Shown here one piece after another: positions 48,970 to 62,753 of a stretch of 64,000 bases of DNA. The notes below the pieces were generated by a model. The model ran no database searches. It saw only the letters and a program-made list of their open reading frames with translations, and was not told the origin of the DNA. Both the position numbers and the translations under genes were made by a program. The DNA is from Octopus sinensis (lineage: Eukaryota): assembly GCF_006345805.1 (NCBI RefSeq), contig NC_042997.1:30256001-30320000 (forward strand). The letters run 5' to 3'. Position 1 is the stretch's first letter, and every line of letters starts with the position of its first letter.

Positions 48970-50367
48970 TAACCCTAACCCTAACCCTGATATAATATAT
49001 AAACGAAATAAAATAATAAGCGACTGAAATACAAGGTTTAATAAACACTGTTATTTTTTTTACACTGTATTTAAAAAAAAATTTCAAATATGGAAAACAT
49101 CTAATCAAAATTTTAAGACAAGTGTTCCGTCTTTGTATAACAGACTTGCGAAAATCTGCAGTGAAACTCATCTCTTCTGGTTGTATTTTAACTGACTGAT
49201 GTAAATCATGTCTACTAGTTTGTTGTTGAACTAGAGTTCAGGCTTGATTCAGCAGACTATGATCATAACCTATCAGGCAAAGATATTCCTCTCATTTATT
49301 CAGACATATCATTACCGGGACCAGTTCTTCTAATGTTCCTTCTCCTTTTTAAAAAGATAAAGTGTGTTTTGATGGATATTTCACAGATTTTTCTGGCAGT
49401 TTAAACGATCAATCTCTTCTGGTGTATGTGTATGAGTGGAGCCAAGTTCTAGAGATACCAGTTGAAGTCCACGTAACGGCATTGTGTAATTTGGTGAAGC
49501 CTCTGTTTCTATAAGCCTCACTAATAAAAGGGTTTTTAATTCAAGGATATATACTAAGACAATCATTGCGGAGTACTAAATCTACTTACTGTGACGAATT
49601 ATACACGCTTATTTCAGCTATTAATGACAAGATGTTTTGGTAATGAACTTGACCACTTAAACTAATAAAGTCTACTGTTCGCAATATAATATACTATAAC
49701 TACGTCTAGTTACATTTCCCAAATGTACACCATTTTAAATGAAACAAAACTGCAACTGCTTTTATTCCCAAGTCTAACAGCCGAAGATTATATGTATTTA
49801 AGTAAGACCAATAGGAATAGTTGAACACATCACTGCAATTTGGCTATGGTTAATCATATAAGGCATCTGTTGCACTATTTAACTAGGATTAGCTATGTAG
49901 TACATTTGTGCATTTAGATAAAATAATGGGAGCGATGAAGCTCAGCATTGCCTCTCAGCGCTTTCTGAACTTACCTAAGGAGGTGCACCTTTACGGAAAT
50001 ATGGATAAACCCCCATACCCTCCAGAATAGGATGAACTATGACCAATATCGAGCCTTGAGCTTTATACCTTGCTTCACGTTTCTCTACATCAAATTTCTT
50101 TCTACATCTCCTATATATTCTCTTATTTCTACCTATATTTTCTCTTATTTCTACGCTATATTTTGTCTCCGATGGCGGAATACCCAGTATATGGAAATAT
50201 GGATCAACACATTAATCCATTAACTGGGATATCCCAGAAACAACTGTAAGATACTATTGTTTGTTTTTGATTACTTCGTTTCAACATTAAACCAACTTAA
50301 ATGAACTGATAAGCTTGCCCAGCCTTGAATTTGTTTCCTTCTTCTTTAAATTATACATATTGAATAT

Positions 50368-50404
<37 letters not shown>

Positions 50405-51628
50405 ATTTGCATATCATATCTAAAGTGTGATTTCACTTTTATGCCGAATTGATGTGCTGAGTCATAAGTGCAGCAACGAATTTTACTTACAGAGTGCAAA
50501 CCCAGTTCCAAAATGTTTTAGAAACAAAGCCGATCTTAATATCAAAACAAACACAGGTATAATACTAACAATTATTATTATATTGTACACAGTCAATGGA
50601 AAGGTAATGTTTCAACTTGGCCCAAAAATGTTTCTACACTCGTTCGTTTTAACGAAGTTTTTCTAGAGGCTAGAGATGTTCAAAGTGTTTTCATTACCCA
50701 GCAAATTTTTAAGGGATGCACTTGCATCCCCTACACCCTCTATTCCCGAGTCTCTGTGCTAAGCGGATAATTTGACTGTTACTTCTAGCAGGTTGAATGG
50801 CCATATCAAGACATGCTCATTAGAGGTTAACTCCTAGAAATAGCAGTAAAATATTTATTGAATCACACCCTGTCATCTGAGGGAAGATTATATTACATAA
50901 TACTGTTCTGGGTATTCTTTGCTGAAGAAGGAATATCTTTGATGATAGATATGATCAAAGTTGATTTGGGATTAAACAACAAAAAACACCCTACAGTTTC
51001 TATTCACAGCAAAACCAACATGACTGCTGAAAGCTACGCATCGCCCATGGACGTAATGCAGCTGTAGACATACGATACAAGCAGACGATGATTTGGATTA
51101 TGCTCAGAAAACATGTTGATTCACAATAATGCGTAGCTTCTGATTTTTATCTTAAAATGAATTAGATATCGAAAAAAGCAAACAATCTGAGAGTATGAAT
51201 TTTAAGTTATGCTTTTTTTAATGGTGAAAACTTAACTCTAGTGTATTAGCTCTAGAGAATTTGTCTTGTGATTTAATCCACTTGAAAGATAATTTATTTT
51301 AAAGAAATAGGGTATTATAATTTCTTAGTAAACAAAGATTGTATTTATTTATTTATTCAGTATCCTTATGTTTACTGTTGCAGTCCTGGCAATACTATAA
51401 TATTCCATGTGCTTATAGCATTCCAATTATTCACATATTTATATACACACAGTTTCTAGTGTGTATACATATTTTGAAATTTTGCACAATGTTACGTCTC
51501 AATATTACAGCGTGAAATAGTGAAAAAATATTAGTTAACTGTGAAGAAAATGAAAACACAAGATCCGAAAGCCATATTTCCAATTTCGAAGAGAAAAAAT
51601 AGTGTTGCTTTGCGTATTAAGATAAACC

Positions 51629-51665
<37 letters not shown>

Positions 51666-51671
51666 ATATAG

Positions 51672-52539
51672 GTAAACAGTAAAAATAATTACAGACATGG
51701 ACAAGAACATGAAACACCACAGAGACGACACAAGAACCACAGGACGGGACATTCGAAGCCCTCAGTCATCAGTCAAGAACCAGATCATCTTAGCAATTTC
51801 GGCTGATTAATCTTGAGATTGCTCCGATATGGGCAGCCCGCCATGGGAAATCTAAGCCAAGCGCATTAGATCCCATGGAAGAAAGCTTCGAATGTATACA
51901 ACACGAGGACGGAAAACGAACGAAGTACACGAACAAAAATACAGAATACGTGACACCAATAAGAACACAAAAACGTAAAAACAATAACGGTAAAAATAAA
52001 AAACAGAACAAAACCAGGACGTAGGACAAGGGTCTTTCGACAGGACGAGTTGAGTTTGGGGCTGGCTTATGAAGTTGTGCCTAATGGCCGCAGGGAGACG
52101 AACAAATACGTGTTGCTTCGGCGACTGCTGGAACGAAAAGAGCGCTCAACAGTGGCTAGCGGTCACGTGAGAACAAAAGACAGGAGAAAGGGACAGATGA
52201 AAAGAGAGAGAAGGTGGACGAGGGAGGAGAAGAAAGAGACAGATCGAGGGGGCTGGAGGTGAGAGAGATAGAGAAACGTAGAAGGGGGGGGAACGGATGG
52301 AGAGGGAAAGAAAGGAAGGGGAATAAGGGAGGAGAGAGAGAGAGAGAAAGAGACAGATTAAGAGTCGTATCAATGCTAGAGAAAAAATATACTTATCGTA
52401 TAAGGACAATTGTGGATACGTAGCCGCCGATTATATATGTAAACAGTAAAAATAATTACAGACATGGACAAGAACATGAAACACCACAGAGACGACACAA
52501 GAACCACAGGACGGGACATTCGAAGCCCTCAGTCATCAG

Positions 52540-52542
<3 letters not shown>
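51672..52542 (-). mobile_element. Penelope-like element with 104-bp terminal direct repeats
   Basis: 51672-51775 and 52439-52542 appear identical. Confidence 0.65.
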
Positions 52543-52628
<86 letters not shown>

Positions 52629-52867
52629 CTCGCAGAATTTTGTTAGAAATATCGGAGTTATAAGGTTATAAGGATGTGAAATAAATTGTTGGTTACGTTT
52701 CTCTAACTGAGGATCCTCTTCAACGACCGCTCCAAATATCAGGATCTTAAATCATTTCCAATGATACATCAGCGCTACTACTGACTGAGACAGCGAGCGA
52801 TAGCTGGCAGCAGACAATAATCGAACTTAAGGTTGGCATGAGTTTATATATATATATAAATATATAA

Positions 52868-53025
52868 ATTCATGTTGTTTACCTTTGTGTGCCAGTAGCG
52901 CAGGGCCTGAAACTTTCCTGCATTAAACTGCGTGTTGTTGTCCTCAGCCCACCTGTATATTGTATCCAACTCCCGTTGCAGATGTGCAGCATTTCCAGGG
53001 TTTTGTATTGTATCATCTGCATAAT
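52868..53025 (-). mobile_element. CR1-group LINE RT fragment
   Basis: YADDT..LQRELDTIYRWAEDNNTQFNAGKFQALRY. Confidence 0.8.
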
Positions 53026-53181
53026 GCAAATAAGAAAATGGAGAAACAAATTTAGTTTATTCATCAACTTACGGATATTATAATGTTGGATTATTTATTC
53101 ATTTATGTATTAAGAATTTGGGTACTTTACCATCAGTATATTGGATGAATGATAGTGGGTTATAATCATAACCCCTATCTT

Positions 53182-53226
<45 letters not shown>

Positions 53227-53289
53227 CACGGTTCCATGTTGGTAGGATCAATAAAAAAAAGTACTCCATCTGGTGAAAGATAAACATAA

Positions 53290-53410
53290 TTACTAAACAC
53301 AATATGTTTCATGTGCTGAGAGCATGCTAAACAGTGTTTTTAACACATCTGGTATCCTAGCACAATCATCAGATACTATCCACACAGCATAACGAACTAA
53401 AGATGGAACG
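53290..53410 (+). repeat. Third copy of the 16512/16972 dispersed repeat
   Basis: gtttcatgtgctgagagcatgc..ctagcacaatcatcag. Confidence 0.75.
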
Positions 53411-53839
53411 ACAGGATGAGAGTAAAAGCGAAAAAAGTAAGAAAGAAGGTGCATGGTTAAAAAACCGGAAAACGAATATAGCCGTTCTAGGTAGCGTAAA
53501 AGTGCGTGAGTCAATTAGAATGCTTAACATAATTTCTTTCTGCTCTTCGCTTTCTGAGTTCGAATCCTTCGCTCTTACGTGCTCAATAAAATGCTGAAGT
53601 TAATTTCTCTCTCTTTCTCTCATTTTCTCCCCTCATCTCTCTCTCCCTCTCTCCCTCTCTCCCTCTCTCTCTCCCTCTCTCTCTCTCTCCCTCTCGGGTA
53701 GGTTGTTTTGCTAAAAGGGTTGCAAGAGACAATTCACTTAGTTTCTTCAGAAATGAAGAAGGGTTGAGCGAAATGGTGGCAAACTTTTCTCACAGAAAGA
53801 TTGATGTGCATGAACGGAACGATGCGCATATATATAAAT

Positions 53840-53887
<48 letters not shown>

Positions 53888-53898
53888 TATATATATAA

Positions 53899-53932
<34 letters not shown>

Positions 53933-54787
53933 AGTAACCTTAATATATGCCAAAGATCGTATTACATACGATACGTAAACATATTTAATATGACGTGTGA
54001 TAATGTGTGGTTGAAAAAATAAAGGTCGCTAAACAAGGATTCCTTACGAAACAGAGTCAAATCGATTCGATAACAGTTAGAATTTCAAGTTCGAAATTAA
54101 TTTACAGCATCACGAGATGTCGACAAGACGTCTTTATTTATGTATTTATTTATTCATTCATTTTTAAGGGGTAGGAAATCTACCCTACTTTTCCTATCTT
54201 TTACATTCATTCTATTTTATTTTATTTTATTTTATTTTATTTTATTTTGGTTTGCCACAGTGAGACACCCGCTGGTTTTTCAATAAAGATTTGAAATACT
54301 TATTACATGAAAAAAGAAACAAAAAGCAAATTACTACTTCAGTCAACCCTATGTTTTCCTTTCCTAAAACACGCCAACACGCATACGTAGAAGTATATGG
54401 ATACTCTCGTACCAAGGCACACACGACATTCATACACACACAGTGATTTCATGGTAACATACTTTTTAGAGTTTTTAAAGCATACCTTATTTTTGAGACA
54501 CACAAGTATATATGTATATATGAGTATGTGTGTGTATATTAGATTACAAACATATATATGTATATGTATTCATATATACGTACACACACATATATATATA
54601 TATGTATGTATGTACACACACAAACACACACATACACTCATATACATAATATTCATTATCAACGGGGCCTGTTTCCTTCGATGCTTCGCCGATACTGGCT
54701 TCTCAAAATAAACGATTATATACGTGTGTGCATGTGTATCTGTGTACAGACTGACACTGACATTGACACACGCGTACACACACACGC

Positions 54788-54864
<77 letters not shown>

Positions 54865-55644
54865 CACACACATATACATATACATACATACACACATACA
54901 TACATAAATGCATATATATATATACACACATACATACATATATGCATATATATATACTTACATACAGACATATATATATAGATATATATGTATATATATA
55001 TATACACAGACATATATATATATATGTAGATATATATATACGCATACACAAACAATGTACACATAGCGCGCACTCCCACCTCCCCAATGAAAACTAAACC
55101 TGATAGCTGGTGGCTGCTGACAAGTTGTCTAGTGGAGTAGAATTGATTTGTATCAATGTCGTTGCACCGAGTCTCGGCCGAAATGCTGGAGTTCCTTTAC
55201 AGTTTACGTGATGGAATTTCACTTGGAGTAAACTTTAAATCTATCAGTATTTGTGTTGATAGTTACTAATGGTCATTAATGTTACTGATGGCGATCTGGC
55301 TGTCGTAGTATGTAAGCCATATATTTTTGTGTGTCTCTCTCACTTACTTCCTCTGTAACTTATATAATTTTTATGTTTTCTTAAATCATATAGCTCTCTG
55401 TATATATTATCTGTATACTGATTTCTTACAGATGAATAAGGTCTCATGTTTGTTTGAACAGGAACAGCTTATTCCATCGACTACAGGGCTTGAAAGATAC
55501 TTTATTTTGTCCTCTTAAATGCATGAAAAGTAAGGTTGACTTAAGCGGGATTTGAAACAGCTAGAAACATAGCACTTTGTATTTTCTCCAATGCGCTAAA
55601 GATCCAGCTAATCCGCTTCATAAATCTACTTGCATTTTTCAAAT

Positions 55645-56092
55645 GTTTCAAATCTTAGTACAAGGCCAGCAATTTCAAATCTTAGCACAGGGCCAGCAAT
55701 TTCGAGGGAGGTGGCATGTCGGTTACATCTATCCCAGAACACAAGAGTATTTATTTTATCGGTACCGAAAGTCTATATCGGCGGAATTAGAATTCAGAAC
55801 GTAAAGACGAACGAAATGCCGCTAAGCATTTTGTCCGGCGTGCTAAAGATTCTGCCAGTTCGCTGCCTTTATATTTTAATATTGATTTGGCACAAGACCA
55901 GCAGTTTTTGGTGGGAGGTTCCAAGTCGATTACATCGATGCCGATACTCAACTGGTACTTAGGTTATCGACTCCGAAATATTGAAAGGCAAAGTCGACCT
56001 CGGCGGAATTGGAACTCAGAACGTAAAGACGGACGAAAATGCTGTAAAGTATCTTTCCCGACGAGCTAACGATTCTGCCAGCTCGCCACCTT
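55645..56092 (-). mobile_element. Two head-to-tail SINE family B copies
   Basis: gattctgccag.tcgc heads near 55850 and 56075. Duplicated tttcaaatcttag.aca.ggccagcaa at the 3' end. Confidence 0.85.
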
Positions 56093-57556
56093 AATTACAT
56101 TCTATATTGAGAGTAAGTTAACTTTAGCAACTTAAGTTTTATAGGACAATTTAATGAAAGAAAACAGCAAAGCATGTCACACATAACATATTACCCTTTC
56201 TCAGAGCGTTGCGAAACCGTAGAGGTATTATCAATGTTGTCGATTAACGAGACAGAAATAGCTGCTAAGTATCTTGTAAATCACAATCTTCCAACTTTAA
56301 TCAGAGAAGGACACTCTACCATCTTTAAAATGAAAAGGACATCCCTGAAAAGATAGCATGATCCTATTGAAAAATCCTTTGATGTAGGTGTACTTCATCG
56401 TGGCTTGTCTGAAGCTCAATAATAATAATGATAACCTGCATCTTTGTGTTCCGTAATAAACAAATATTTATTTAAAATGAGTATTGTCAATGCCACAATT
56501 CTTTTTTTTTTTTTTGCTTTTGTTTCTATTTGTATTTTTTTTTCGATTTTTGTTTACTCTCTCTTTTGCCATGTTCTGTAGTTTTTGCCATATTAGAGTT
56601 ATGTAGATTACCTGTAAGTTATTATATACATATACTCGTAACCCATATAGATCTCTAAATATTTGGCAGTGTTTTTGTGTGATTAGCTCCGGAACAGAAT
56701 TTAGGCGTTATGTACTGCAACTGGCGGGTTTGAACAGTGATTGTAATGGTAAAAGGGACAGTGATATCATACTGAATTCATATAAAAAGCCCAAGAATGA
56801 TGCAATGGAAGATGACAAAATATCCCATAATCGTTTCCTAAAGACGCCTACTCAGAGTTTAGTGAATATTGAATTAAGAGTTCTTAATAAGGAGTATATC
56901 GCATTGGATGTGATATAAAGTGAACCCATTTCCTTTACCTTAATGTCTGCTGCTTTCTCAACTCAACTACATATGATTTCATATTAGAAAGTCTTTTTTA
57001 ACGATATGGGTAGTCATGTTGGCAAAAATTTGGTCTTCAGTCTTTATAATGGCATATTTAGAAGGAGCTACAGTAGGCGTCAGCTATCTATCATCTAAAG
57101 AAAAGATACGAACAGAAAAACATGTAAAATGATTCTGCCAGGTTTGAAATCACTTCGCAAAAATGGCTTTCCATAAAATGAGCTCATTCTACAAAGCAGA
57201 CAATGTATCAGGAGTGGAAGGGTCGTAATCGTCCATATGATGAGCTGCTGGGACAACAGTACATCAGATTCCCTATCCATTGGATTATTGGACCAAGACT
57301 GTATTCTATCATTTTACAGCCCAACAACAGTAAATTATTCAGTGTATTTATAAGACACTTAATGCTCAAACAATCAAACATAACTTGTGATAGGATGGAA
57401 CAAACAAAGCCAAATAAACAAGCATCGGCCGATTTGATAGTACTCCCTCTTAATTCGAAGGATCTTTTATTGGAGACCTCTGGTTATTTCGCAATATAGA
57501 GATATTGTTGTTAATATTGCCCCAAGTGTGTCGTGAAGCAGCAGACCTAGATCAAA

Positions 57557-57613
<57 letters not shown>

Positions 57614-57803
57614 AATGTATGTGTGTGTTTTGTTTTTCAGTGTTTACAAATTAGATGGAAAAAATAAATAAACAGTTACCAGGGTAGCAAAAACTCACAT
57701 AAGTACCAAGGATGTAACAGCCTACTTATAAAGGTAGAAACTCCATGTTAGTTGAAATGTTTTGTAAATGGAATTAAACGCTGGTGTTATTCAAATTCTT
57801 TTA

Positions 57804-57891
57804 CTTCCGACATATGTTTCGAAGACAACATTGGTATTATTCCAGAAGGAATAAATTGGTGTAAAACAATGCAATCCTCACATCAGGGAAA
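57804..57891 (-). ncRNA. Type I hammerhead-ribozyme-like motif with long stem II and one core substitution
   Basis: tttcc CTGATGT gaggattgcattg..caatgttgtcttc GAAAC atat GTC ggaag. Confidence 0.6.
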
Positions 57892-57937
57892 GAAAGAAAC
57901 CAAACACATCAATAAGACATTTTAACAGATATATATA

Positions 57938-58005
<68 letters not shown>

Positions 58006-58279
58006 GTTTGTATGTATGTATGTATATATAAGTTTGAATGAATTAACTAAGGCGTCTTTCTTGCTTTACATACGGTGGAGGGGGCGTATCCTCCTTTTTC
58101 AAGACGTATGGTGCGACTGACATGAGATCTGACTGCTATCTCAGTGATACAACAAAATTAGCTAAGGAATTAAAGAAAGAATTAAAACTAGGAACAATCT
58201 AGATTATAACTGCAGCATGAGCATTGAACTCTCTCTATAATCCATTTCCAAAATGATTAAACAATCTTGTTGCGACAAG

Positions 58280-58620
58280 TAAGATAGTCATATCTGGCTC
58301 CAAGGATCACAGCAGAAAACTGAGGCCTGATAATTCGACACAGTGGAATGCCTCTCGAAGTGATATTACCAGAGATACATTTTAAAGCACAATATCATAC
58401 GTCATATGAGGAGAATTTGATGAGACTAATGGCCACATACGCGTTGGATGTCTCATACTGGCAGCATGGAAATAAATCAGAGAAGATATAATAAAGTTAC
58501 TTCCCTGGGTTCATAGAAAGATTGAAATAGCAAAACTGTGAAATAAGGAGACAAGCATAGCCAATGTGATTTCTGAATTTCTATGGTTTGTAAAGAAAGG
58601 TACGACTTTCCAAGAAGTGC
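58280..58620 (+). mobile_element. Possible decayed RTE LINE C-terminal relic
   Basis: LDVSYWQH..NK resembles RTE LxISWxxHxxN. Heavily degraded. Confidence 0.3.
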
Positions 58621-59284
58621 CCATATTCTGTATAAAATATTAACCGTAACGTAACAAAGGTTTATAACCATATAATTGCAGAAAATTCTTTTTGCAAAAT
58701 GTACGTATATCTAACAAAATAATAATAGTGTTAGTAATCATAGCTATATATCGTTACCACCACTAATTCATCAGTACCAAGGCATCAATCCGCCGCCACC
58801 ATCACCAAACTATCACAACCGCCACAACCATAACATAGTTACTACGATAAAACATTACATTGTATTTATTGCCAAAATGTAAACATTATTGGTTCTATTA
58901 CAGTTAGACTTTGTGTCAGCTACTGCTAAACGAGAAACTTATCTGGCGTATCTGAGGTGTCTTGCGGATCTCACGTCTCATCGCATATCTTTACACTATA
59001 AAACAACTATTTAAAATAACAATAACAAGAAAGATCAACAACTACATATATGCCTGAAGCAACACAACAGTTACAGCTTTGTACCACCACCTAAGCATAC
59101 GTCCTGTACAAAGCAACCTTTGGTTGTCTTAGTGAGTTTCCTGAGTCAGTTATGGGCAACGAGACGTTTGCAAAACAAACAAATACGAACGGAGGTCAGC
59201 GTTAATGTAGGGGAAATTACCCCCTGATTGTTTCTTTGAAACAAGTTAAGAGACATCATTATCTGTATACAAAACATACACGTA

Positions 59285-59356
<72 letters not shown>

Positions 59357-59520
59357 ATATGCGTGTATGTGTATGATTATGTGTGCGTATATATATTATA
59401 TAGAACGTTTCAAATCCTTGTGTGCTTATGTAAACACATCAGCTCCCTCTTTTTTCTCTCCCATTCTCTTACCTTACTCTCTCTCTCTCTCTCTCGCTCT
59501 CTCTCTCACTATATATATAC

Positions 59521-59592
<72 letters not shown>

Positions 59593-59594
<2 letters not shown>

Positions 59595-60376
59595 CAAAAT
59601 TTAGAGGACTGACCACTAAAAGTGGACAGCCTATATGCTAAACATAGACGTCAAATCGCTATTTACCACGAAGAATGTGTTCTCAAGAAAAATCTCAGCA
59701 AAATAAGTGTAAAGCGATTTGACGTCTATGTTTAGCATATAGGCTGTCCAATTTTAGTGGTCAGTCCTCTAAATTTTGTATGTAAAAAAATGCTTAATCT
59801 TCGGATATTTTTAAATATGCTAAGCAACTGGGTTTAATTGATTAATATCAATTTCAACCCTTATTTAATCTTAATCTTAAATTTTTAAAATGTTCTCTAA
59901 CCGGTAAATTGACTGCTGTAGTTTATTAACTGCAGGGTAAATTTCCGATCTCTGCGCGCCAAAGTGAGGGCATTTGAAAATTATGCCTAAATATAAATTG
60001 TAGAACTTTATACATACTGGATTTCGGTTCAGCGTTCTGTATCTATTTCTGGAAGTTGTGTTTTGTAAACGACAGACTATGCTGATGATTTTTCAGATGT
60101 TTGCGTGTCCATATACGTAAATATTAACAAGTGAAACCAATTGGTATATAAGTAATCGTTTTTTATTTCGTATATTTTCATGTCTTGCTTTTTTTTAGAC
60201 TTTGGTTTTTTGCTGAGATTTTTCTTGAGAACACATTCTTCGTGGTAAATAGCGATTTGACGTCTATGTTTAGCATATAGACTGTCCACTTTTAGTGGTC
60301 AGTCCTCTAAATTTTGTATGTTTTAAAATATGCTAGGCCACTGGTTTTAATTGATTAATATCAAGTTCTACCCTTA

Positions 60377-60382
<6 letters not shown>
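59593..60382. repeat. Complex fold-back: three copies of a 68-110 bp arm plus a 59-bp direct repeat
   Basis: 59593-59660 pairs with 59713-59780. 60209-60318 is the reverse complement of 59593-59702. 59811-59869 recurs at about 60323-60382. Confidence 0.85.
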
Positions 60383-60428
<46 letters not shown>

Positions 60429-60859
60429 TGTATATAAATGCCTCTGTGTACATGTGTATGGTTGTGCGAGAGAGAGAGAGAGATTCTCTGACAAAGGATC
60501 CGAGCGATTGCAAAACGTGAAACTCCGAGTGGCAATGGAGTTTAACCTTCGACTTTCAACAAATGAATAAATCCCAACACATGTAATTACTATTCGTTAC
60601 CACATTTGGATTTCTAATCGTATGCATACGTTGGTATATATATATAAGTGACTGAAGATGACTGATGAACAACAGTCTCGCCGCCTGACAGGCTGCACGA
60701 AGACACCATATAAACTCTAATCATCGCAAAGCCTGCTTGAAAACTCAAACAGCATGACATGTAGAGACTGGATCCTAACCATACACACATTAGCCGTGGA
60801 AAAGTGGTATCTTCAACCATGGGCCTGGATATGACTATTCTTTGACATAATAGTCTCGG

Positions 60860-61450
60860 TTGGTTCTATGTCCCAGATTTGTGTCAAATGGTTGTCCAAG
60901 AAATTGAAACGGGATAAATGCAATGTGCTGTTTAAGTGGAATAGTTAATCTATCAGTTACTATTGATCCACTTTAGCTCCTAAAATAGCTTCTTAATGTA
61001 CTGATGAGGAATACACGCGTCTTTCTAAGAACATCAGAAAATATGATTCTGCTTTCCAAGTGGCTTCCTTTGTAGCCAACATCAGCACCAACTTTTAAGG
61101 CACAAGAACAAATCTAACAAGAGATTGCTTCTGTTCAGCCCTCGCTAGTAAAGAGCCCCGTTTTCTGTAGTTGTACTATGTTGATGACTGAAAGAGATAT
61201 GCTAATCATAGAAATAACATCTCCACATGCACATGGTTTGACTAATTTTAAGGTTCCCTAACTTTAAAATATGGTTCATGGAAAGTACAGGTGTTAGGAA
61301 CTTGGAATATGCCTTGGTTAATCCATTATTTGGTGTTTCGAATTCTCATCGACAAACTCCAAAAAACACCAGGAGAAGATGTGCATTCAATGCACTTGAA
61401 TGAAATAAATTTGTCATATTGAGCAATGAGACTCAGTGCAAAAACCATAT
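60860..61450 (+). mobile_element. Helitron RepHel N-terminal relic
   Basis: MCCLSG-like segment, SKNIRKYDSAFQVASF (from 61024), EPRFL*LYYVDD. Confidence 0.75.
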
Positions 61451-61964
61451 CATTTGGATGTACAAAGACACTACCATCAAAGTTATAAATGAAACATATT
61501 GATTTTATGCTCGTTACGATATAATTTCAAATAAATTAAATACCTTTACTCTTCACTTAATACTGTCTTTTTATTTAATATGTCTGAATTTTATGTTATT
61601 TGCACAATTAAATCATGACATATACTATTCATGTTAAACACGTATCTTTAGGAGAGAATATTCATTACACACCAGATTGCTTTAAACTTAGCAGGGAAAA
61701 ATATTAATGTTTTACATGAAAATTAACTTTTCAAGAGAAATCAAGTAATGCCTTATTAAACAGGATATACCTTAAATGAAAGCGACTCTATGTCATCTAT
61801 AACTTTTTTTCACTGGGGCAACGCTAGGTATTCGGACAGTGTGAGTGTGTGTGTGCGTACTTACATAGGTACATATACATTTTTCTATATAAATACAAGG
61901 CATGCATCTACAACGTATGTATATATACAACATATTTATATGTATATATAAGAATACACAAATT

Positions 61965-62222
<258 letters not shown>

Positions 62223-62355
62223 GTCATGTTCGGATACAAATTAGCTAGGTGATGTTTTAAGCAATTTGATGATTACTCTTTTTCACAACAATGATTTCTG
62301 TTCCTATGGAAGAGAGATATAACCCTTACCCTAATTACACTTATGGAAAAACTTA

Positions 62356-62548
62356 TCAACTGAAGTTTTGCTCACTCATATAGTCACCTTGACGGAGAAT
62401 CGCAGTGTATTGCTTGTGTACTCGTGAACAAGTAGCCGAGTTTGTAAATGACCTTTCTGATGAGGTCACATCTGAAATTACTTTTACAGTTTTGTCTTTC
62501 ATCCGTAAAGCGTTATTAAATATTGATTCGTACGAACAAATCAATAAG
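62356..62548 (-). CDS. Putative terminal exon, GPCR-like C-tail (LLICSYESIF..MSEQNFS*)
   Basis: Acceptor aaatatacag at 62549, phase 2, open to TGA. Confidence 0.3.
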
Positions 62549-62632
62549 CTGTATATTTGTCTTCAAACGTCAAGTAGTTAATCGTTGTTATAAAACTACA
62601 AATGAAAATGGGTGTTTTTGCTTCTACTTTAC

Positions 62633-62747
62633 TTTATTAAATTTTTCATAAAGACAGTACAAAGAATAAGGTAGCTTTGCGGGCTGGACAAGACATTAAT
62701 GAAATGAATGATAACGTTTTCTGTTTTTGCTTCTACATATTTATTTG
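62633..62747 (-). CDS. Putative exon, GPCR-like TM7/helix 8 (VIIHFINVLSSPQSYLILCTVFMKNLI)
   Basis: N-x4-P-x2-Y-x6-F spacing. Donor AA|GTAAAG, 84-nt intron with in-frame stops. Confidence 0.3.
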
Positions 62748-62753
62748 CTGATG

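Noticed and set aside
49965-49990. ccttag|GTAAGT composite site on minus strand
   Set aside because: The pyrimidine tract is too short to support a recursive splice site.
52690-52730. TTGAAGA..GAAACGTA on minus strand
   Set aside because: Stem I is offset and stem II does not pair; too degenerate to call.
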